In this document: piece after piece, positions 56,294 through 64,000 of the stretch
How positions within the stretch are numbered: the stretch's first letter is position 1
Layout: each line of letters starts with the position of its first letter
Source of the DNA: Octopus vulgaris
Taxonomy: Eukaryota
Direction of reading: 5' to 3'
Length of the DNA stretch: 64,000 nucleotides
Assembly: GCA_951406725.2 (NCBI GenBank)
Contig: OX597820.1
Span: 33,108,001 to 33,172,000, forward strand
Position numbers and translations under genes: made by a program
Notes under the pieces: model-generated
Databases searched by the model: none
The model's input: the letters and a program-made list of their open reading frames with translations, nothing else
What the model was told of the DNA's origin: nothing

Positions 56294-56338
56294 ATTTTTG
56301 ATAAGATTCGTTTTTTCAAGAACCGAAACATGTAAAAT
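56294..56338 (+). ncRNA. Minimal hammerhead ribozyme motif, U3-A8 core variant (mirror copy)
   Basis: AUUU-UUGAUAA-GAUUC...GAACC-GAA-ACAUGU-A-AAAU. Confidence 0.6.
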
Positions 56339-56392
56339 TCATAAGAAAATTAAAATTTATCTAATGTAGTGGCGTTTTCAAACTTCTTTTTT

Positions 56393-56438
<46 letters not shown>

Positions 56439-56480
56439 AAACGTTAAGGAGTATATATATATATGCGTTACATAAATAAA

Positions 56481-56708
56481 AACGCGAAAAAGAATGGCGC
56501 TGCCTTAGGTCGTCACTGGTCACGTGATAGTGGGAGGAGGGTTACAGAGAAAGAAAATTGAGAAAGAAAGGAAATGAAGAGAAGCAAAGTAACTTTTAAT
56601 TTTCTTTCTCTCTCTCGCTCTCTCTCTATCTCAATCTTTCTGTGTTACCCTCCTCCCACTATCACGTGACCAGTGACGGTCTAAGGCGGCGTCATTCTCT
56701 TTCGCGTT
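56481..56708. repeat. ~230-bp imperfect palindrome
   Basis: CGTCACTGGTCACGTGATAGTGGGAGGAGGGT is mirrored by ACCCTCCTCCCACTATCACGTGACCAGTGACG. Confidence 0.85.
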
Positions 56709-56948
56709 TCCTTCGACCGTACTGCACGCGATTTTCTGAGCCCCTCGCTCTACCCGTCCCGTGTTTATAGTCCTTTAGGACAGTTTTCATCCCCTCTTCG
56801 CGTTACCCATTTTTGTCTTGTCTTGCAGTCCCGAGGCTTTTACGCTGTATATGTATTATCATTATTAATTGTTGTCTTTGTGTGGTCCTAAGCCTTTATT
56901 CTGTTTATTGTTTTGTCCCCCGTCCGTCCACCAATGGTCTCGACTCTC

Positions 56949-56993
<45 letters not shown>

Positions 56994-56998
<5 letters not shown>

Positions 56999-57210
56999 TG
57001 TGATGCTAAAAATTTCTGGTTTTGGATAGAAGAAAATACAGGAGGATGAGTTATGATTTTATTCAACATATTCGCCTCTCAGATTCACACACTTATTGAA
57101 GCGATCCTTCGGTTTTTCTAGGCCCTGTAAAAGAACTCAGAAGTTTGGGCCTCCAACCAAGTTTTTTTGCGATGCCTTTAAAACCAGGTACTTTTCAGCA
57201 CCCTCTTGTA
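56994..57210. mobile_element. Old mariner-type MITE
   Basis: TACGATGTGATGCTAAAAATTTCTGGTTTT versus reverse complement TACAAGAGGGTGCTGAAAAGTACCTGGTTTT. Confidence 0.6.
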
Positions 57211-57355
57211 TCAAATGAACCCATAGCACAGCAGGAAATGTACAGTAATGTAGCTCTGTCCAGCTAAACTCCATAAGTACTAATGACTACTCCCCAGCAT
57301 GGTCACAAACTCTAACTGAGAATGACAATGGTAGAAGTGAATGTGTGTGTGTGTG

Positions 57356-57396
<41 letters not shown>

Positions 57397-58466
57397 TAAT
57401 AAATAAATGTGCCATTTTAAAGCCTAGCCAGGCTCATGGGCCAGGTTTCCCGGTTTCAATGGCGTATGTGTTCCCCAGCTGGACGGAACGCCAGTCCATC
57501 GCAGCGCACTCATTTTTGCCAGCTGAGTGGACTGGAGCAACGTGAAATGAAGTGTTTTGCTCAATAACACAACGCGTCGTCCGGTCCAGGATCATGATGC
57601 CGACACCCTAACCACTAAGCCTCCACATACACACACACACACATACACATAAATGTACTTAGACATATCAATGTAAATATAAATGTATCTATGTATATAT
57701 AAATTATTGTAAAGGGTACTTATAATATTATCCTTATCTAATGCCCAGTGGCAAATAAAAGAAACCAAGAAATCATCATCATTGTCGTCGTCGTCGTCGT
57801 CGTCGTCACGGTCATCATCATTATCATCATCAGAGAATGAAACAGCTGACGAGATAGATTAATAAGTTAAGAATATAATGACGCACCCGTCATTATATTA
57901 TATTATTAACATATTAATAACACCGGCTCAAAGTAAAACATTGCACCAATTATTGTCATCATGCCCTTCTTCCTCCTTTACTTCATCATCGCATCGTAAT
58001 TATCATTATTAGTACTAATTTCGTGGGGCTTTCATCTTCCTTCTGTAAAATAGTTGGCTATGTAACCTTTCGTAGGCGGGGGAACCGTACCGCGAGACAT
58101 CTTATTACACGCCCACCTCAATAACTGAAAATGAATTATTGTTGATGAGGGAGAATTGCTAGAAATATTAAAATTATTAAGTAAACAACCATTGTTTCAA
58201 ACACAGGCTTTTCTTTAGGTTTAGTAATCACACCTAGTATATGCATTCACAGGCGAGTAAAATATATTTAATGTAAATAGTGCAATTTGTTCTTTCTTCG
58301 TACACATAAATGCACATATCTTTCATTATTCATATTTGCGTTGTGTATGTATCCATGCAAATACACACACACCTACAGTTCAAGTTTACAGAAGACAAAC
58401 GACGAAAACTGGTGAGGGAACAACAGGCAGGTGTATTAGTTTCACATTCGGGAAGAATGGAAAAGT

Positions 58467-58502
58467 CTTTGACGTTTCGAGGCTATGCTCGTCGACAGAA
58501 AA
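58467..58502 (-). ncRNA. Degenerate minimal hammerhead motif
   Basis: UUUU-CUGUCGA-C-GAG(CAUAGC)CUC-GAA-ACGU-C-AAAG; same repeat family as 55514-55549. Confidence 0.45.
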
Positions 58503-59849
58503 AGTTGAGAGGGAAAAACAGAGAAAGAATTTTAAAAAATCGAACAAGAAAAATAATGTGTAGGGATTAACGGTTCAATATGAGGAAATGACCAGAAGAA
58601 AGATATATATGCACGGTTTTATATATATTATATAAAATCCGTTCTGTCTGTCTGTGTGTGTCTCTTCCAGGATCTCGGGCATCCTCCATCCGATTGCGCT
58701 CAAATTTGATATGTAGATACCGATGGTATCAGGGCGTGTATAAGTCTTGAAAAATTTACAAAAATCGATTCCAGTCGAGAATGCGATCGATAAAGTGAAT
58801 AAAATCGTTTTCCTTTGGAATAGAAAAAAAGTCTATCTTTATTTCTTCTTTTGCTGGTGTCTCAAATTTAGGCTAAATCAGTGTTTCTCAAAAGGGGGGG
58901 GGCTATGGGACGGTCGGACAAGTTGTTTTGAGAAAATTTGGTGTAAATGTTTAACAACTCAGCACCGTCCATTGGACGGGGGGGGGCGTTTTGCTTGTAT
59001 ATAAATTTTTAACAGGAAAGGTTGCAAGATCACCTGCAGGATTCGAACACTAATCCTACTGTAAATAGACCGCACTGCTATGCAAACCACTACACCAAAG
59101 CATCATCACACCCCGGATGTCTTGTACAGGTAAGTTATCTATAAGCAATCAACCGTGGATGTGAATGCACATCCGAGAAATAGTACATAATATATAAGGT
59201 TCAAAATTTCTTGGACAGAAAAGTGCTCAATGATGCTTGAGGGACTCGAGACTCGGGACTCGAACCACGACCTGACTATAAACATGACATCTGTGGTACC
59301 ATAGTATTAAAGAAAATTTGCGACGTTTATCCATCTAAATAAGACTTACACCAAACGAAAAGAAAGTAGAACTAATGAAAAGGAAATACTCAACATTGAC
59401 TTAAACCTGCATCATTTGTAGATTCTAAGACGTAAAGGCAAGCTGTGAAAAAAACAATTTAACATATTCAATACGTTTTAGTTGAATATATGACAAAAGC
59501 AAGCAAGCTGAACCTTCGAAGCTATGTCTGCTTTTTCCTAAAGTATATGTAAAAAAAAGGTAAGGTAATGGTTTCCTCCTGGAGTCATGTCGACTCTTAA
59601 GAGGCGGTTTTCCTGTTCACATGGCGATTAAATTCCCTGCTGGATAGATCGCCGATCCGTCGCAAGTTTACTCATTTTTGCCAGCTGAGTGGACTGGAGC
59701 AACGTGAAATGAATAGTTTTGTTAAAGAACATAACGCGTCACACGGTATAGAAGTCGATACCACAGTCTTACGATCAACTAAGCTACGCACCTCCGCTAA
59801 AGCATATGTCCCCCCTCTCCCCCCTCTCTCTCTGTATATATATATATTT

Positions 59850-60140
59850 CTTTACTGCCCACAAGGGGCCAAACACAGAGGGGACAAACAAGGACAGACG
59901 AAGGGATTGAGTCGATTATATCGCCCCCAGTGCGAAACTGGTACTTTATTTATCGACCCCGAAAGGATGAAAGGCAAAGTTGACCTCGGCGGAATTTGAA
60001 CTCAGAACGTAACGACAGACGAAATACCGCTAAACATTTCACCCGGCGCGCTAACGTGTCTGCCAGCTCGCCGCCTTAACTGAACCCGGAACCATGTGGT
60101 TGGTAAGCCAGCTACTTACCACACAGCCACTCCTGCGCCG
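59850..60140 (-). mobile_element. Family A SINE abutting a family C head
   Basis: Reverse complement of the family A consensus followed by GAACCATGTGGTTGGTAAG...CCTGCGCC. Confidence 0.8.
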
Positions 60141-60200
60141 ATATGTGTGTGTGTGTGTGTGTATGCGTGCGTGCACACACTACACACATACACATACATA

Positions 60201-60240
<40 letters not shown>

Positions 60241-60552
60241 GAGATAGGGGTTGAAAATTCAACCCACCATGGGATAATATATATCCAATATACTGCCAGA
60301 TAGGTACCCAACAAGGTATGACTGCCCTCACTGCCGAAACAGCTGTCAGTTTTGATTAATTGCATATTATATTTGAAATTTTTTACTTATATCTCTTTAT
60401 CTTTTTACTATTAATGTATATCTCTTTTTGTATAATGCCTCTACTCATATGTAATGGTGTATTAAAGTATTGATTGGGTATCATCGGATAGTTGATGTTT
60501 TATTGATTTAAGTATGTTTCTCCATTCTCTAATTTTGTAGTATATATATATG

Positions 60553-60596
<44 letters not shown>

Positions 60597-60600
60597 ATAT

Positions 60601-60768
60601 AGGCGCAGGAGTGGCTGTGTGGTAAGTAGCTGGCTTACCAACCACATGGTTCCGGGTTCAGTCCCACTGCGTAACACCTTGGACAAGTGTCTTCTACTAT
60701 AGCATCGGGCCGATCAAAGCCTTGTGAGTGGCTTTGGTAGACGGAAACTGAAATATGTATATATATAT

Positions 60769-60832
<64 letters not shown>

Positions 60833-61030
60833 TTTTGCGTCTGGGTTTGAGCCCCTAGCATTGCTTGACAACCGATGCTGGTGTGTTTATGTCTCCTTAA
60901 CTTAGCGGTTCGGCAAAAGAGCCCGATAGAATAAGTACTAGGCTTACAAAGAATAAGTCCCGGGGTCGATTTGCTCGACTAAAGGCGGCGCTGTCAAATG
61001 ACTGAAACAAGTAAAGAGTGTAAAGAGAGT
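60601..61030 (+). mobile_element. Family C SINE with internal (GT)n
   Basis: GGCGCAGGAGTGGCTGTGTGGTAAG head through GACTGAAACAAGTAAAGAG tail. Confidence 0.85.
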
Positions 61031-61104
61031 ATACATACATATATATGCATATACATTCCTAGGTACACACACTTATACATCTGTAAATATATATATATCT
61101 GCAA

Positions 61105-61930
61105 GCACATTCGTCCGAATGTGCTTGATGCACGTTCGAAATGTGGAACAAGCTACTCAATGCGTTTTGTCACGGAGAATATATCTCGCCTGTTGACAAA
61201 TGGCGCCATCTAACGTGACTGTAAGATGCTAGCATTTCGAAGTAGTTATCTCCTCATTGGTCACATACACAGAACAGACGACACTACGAGCTGAATTAAG
61301 AGATTACATTTGTTATGCTTTTCCAGTCACTGTACAATGACTGGCAGCGCTATACGGCAGTGCAGCGTAAGTAAATTATCGAGTGGGGGGTGGCTAAGCA
61401 GTGATTAGTGAAATTGCAATGTTATTATCAGTCCGAATATGTCTGGTGCACGTTCGAACTGGGGAACAAGCTACTGAATTATTTACATTATTTACATTTG
61501 ACGGATATTTGTCCTCATCTTGTTAGCAAGAATAGGACAAATATCCGTCAAATGTAAATATTGTAAATAATGTATATAATTCCTCATCTCTTAAATATAG
61601 AACTGTATTAAGCTACTCAATGTCGTCTGCTCGTTGTGTCGTCTGCTCGTACGGTCGTCTGCTCGTACTGTTGTCTGCTCGTTGTGTCGTCTGCTCGTTG
61701 TGTCGTCTGTTTGGTGTGTCATCTGCTCGTACTATCATCTGCTTAGAGTCTGTGACCGATGAAGAAATAACTATTCTGAAATGCTAGCCTCACTCAGTCT
61801 AGGTGTATACACACCATTTGTCAGCTAATGGGATATATTTTCTGTGACAAAACGCAGTGAGTAGCTTGTTCCCCAGTTCTAACGTGCATCAAGCATATTC
61901 GGACACATAACATTGCAATTTTACTCATCA
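61105..61930. mobile_element. Foldback element with long inverted arms, internal 16-bp tandem repeats and a nested palindromic insert (8-bp TSD)
   Basis: 61112-61265 mirrors 61750-61905; (TGTCGTCTGCTCGTTG)-type units at 61621-61740; AAGCTACT at 61468-61475 and 61610-61617 flanks a hairpin insert. Confidence 0.7.
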
Positions 61931-62015
61931 ATTCTTAGCGCTCACCCTCAGACATTTATATGTATATAGATATATACACAAATATATACCTCTATAAAGA
62001 TGTAAATATATATAC

Positions 62016-62062
<47 letters not shown>

Positions 62063-62103
62063 CATATATATGTATGAAGACACACATCCACACACACATT
62101 CAT

Positions 62104-62176
<73 letters not shown>

Positions 62177-62827
62177 ATGTCAATGTCTTTTGTTTCTCAC
62201 CCATCGAGGTTTCTCAGAGTAGGTCACACTGTCTCTGTCTATCTCTTTTAGAACTCGCCAATTCCTAACACACACATACGCACACACACACACACACACA
62301 CCAAAAGATTGGCTGCAATCTTTCGCTTTCTCTATTTTCCCCCCTAATTCCCTTCTCTCCATTATCTCTTTCCCTCTTTTTGTCTCCAATTCTTCCTCCC
62401 TTTCTTCGTATTATTTTCTCTCCCCTCTTTCTCGGACTGTCCTTCATTGCTTTTCTATCACTATCAGCTGAAATCATTCACAAACATAGAAATTGGGTTA
62501 CTTTGAAGGCTTGTTTGGTCACCGAAAAGCATTAAAGGACACCGCATTTGATGTTTGGGACATACATACATGAATGTGTGTTTCTGTGTGCGCTCGTGTG
62601 TGCGTGTGCTTAAGTGGTTATGTATGTATTTACCCCAAAACATATACATGTGTCTGTGTATATATATATATGCCTACATACACAAACAGACACCCACCCA
62701 CACACATATATATATTTATATACACCCACAAACATATACATGTTCTGTATATATATATTTATATATAAATACATGTATATACATACATACGTACATATAT
62801 ATATATATATATATATATATTCATATC

Positions 62828-62858
<31 letters not shown>

Positions 62859-62903
62859 TTATATACACACACATATATATGTATGGATACATACATACAT
62901 ACG

Positions 62904-62946
<43 letters not shown>

Positions 62947-62979
62947 TTATACATACATACACAAACGCACACACACACA

Positions 62980-63018
<39 letters not shown>

Positions 63019-63416
63019 GTGTGCGTGTATGTGTGTCTGTCTCTGTGTGTGTGTGTGTTTGTGTGTGTGTGTTGTTTCCTAACCTAGCACGTTTCATAAG
63101 CTCCATTGTTTAAATAATAATAGAAATCCGCTCGCCTTCATATTGGGTTTCATTTGATAAGAAGTCTGTAAGCTTCTAATTTATCACAAGGAGTATACAG
63201 GGTAATAAGGGGAGTTGTGATATTCATGCATTTTTCTAATACCAATTTGAAGACCTTGAAGTGACGTAAAATTAAGTCCACAGACAATCGGACCTCGATG
63301 TTCTTGTTCTCTATTTATATTTCTATACTAAAATACACAGAATATGTAAAAGGAATTAAAGAAGTTTAAATTACCAGTACCGACTAAATGCACCTGTTTG
63401 TACTTATCTTTATATG

Positions 63417-63861
63417 CAGAGATCCCTCGTTTATCGCGGTAGATTGGTTCCGAAACCGGCCGCGATAACTGAATTTCCGCGAAGTAGGGACACCATATTT
63501 ACAGTATTTATTTAACGTGCATTTGGACTTTTAAAACCCTCCCTGTACTGTTAACAACCCACCCATTATAGTAGTCTATTAATATCAAGGACAACTGTTA
63601 AACAATAACACTTTAGATTTTAAAAAATAAAGATTGTTACTGTTACACCGGCCAGATTACAAAATAGAAAGCTGTGATTTGTCGTCTCTCTCCATTGCAC
63701 CAATCACAGCCCGTCTTAAGTTCAAATACCCCTGTATATGCTTTTTTGCTATTTTACGCTTGCTTTGTTGTTCCTAGCCTATATATATATATATATATTT
63801 TAAAAATCCGAGAAGTCGTGAATCCGCGATAGTTGAACCGCGAAGTAGCGAGGGATCACTG
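63417..63861. mobile_element. pogo/Tigger-like MITE
   Basis: CAGAGATCCCTCGTTTATCGCGGT ... ACCGCGAAGTAGCGAGGGATCACTG-TA. Confidence 0.75.
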
Positions 63862-64000
63862 TAATAATAGCCGATATAATTTTTGTTGGTTGTTTGGATG
63901 GTTGATTGATTTCTCCATCCGTATAAAGGTAGGAGCAGACAGAATAAAAGCGAGAAACATAGAGAGTTAACTCAAGATGTGCTGATGAGGACGAAAACTA

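Larger units (their letters stand above)
55945..56400. repeat. ~460-bp foldback element between (TA)n tracts, with internal ~90-bp duplication
   Basis: TTTGTAAAAAAGAAGTTTG...AGAATCCATG is mirrored by CATGGATTCT...CAAACTTCTTTTTTACAAA. Confidence 0.9.

Noticed and set aside
57870-57900. 12-bp hairpin AATATAATGACG/CGTCATTATATT near CTGACGA
   Set aside because: No GAAA/stem III to complete a ribozyme; AT-rich and uninformative.
61621-61740. Short regular repeats resembling a CRISPR array
   Set aside because: Contiguous 16-bp tandem units without unique spacers, in a eukaryotic context with no cas genes.

Overview
Eukaryotic, AT-rich, extremely microsatellite-dense DNA with no intact protein-coding gene. 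Nearly all supplied ORFs are translations of (TA)n, (CA)n, (TAA)n or (TATG)n repeats. The repeat repertoire suggests an octopus/cephalopod intron or intergenic region (inference). It contains at least four families of tRNA-derived modular SINEs, plus decayed mariner, Tc1 and Chapaev3-like transposase remnants and several MITEs. Retroelement remnants include R4/Dong-like LINE 3' ends sitting in (TAA)n, RTE and CR1-like LINE ends, and a decayed Penelope-like (Naiad-type) RT/GIY-YIG element. A short tandem array of non-autonomous Helitrons is also present. The most striking unexplained structure is a set of non-coding foldback (inverted-duplicated) elements next to (TA)n. Their arms each carry minimal type-I hammerhead ribozyme motifs with short, mostly palindromic stem III (28153-29800, 29945-31012, 55945-56400), and one pair has a compensatory U3-A8 core. 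They look like non-autonomous Penelope pLTR/retrozyme-like elements, one of which has apparently duplicated together with part of a Helitron. A few tiny, well-flanked candidate exons on the minus strand, including a 9-nt microexon, may belong to a large host gene. Repeat boundaries were read by eye and may be off by some bases.
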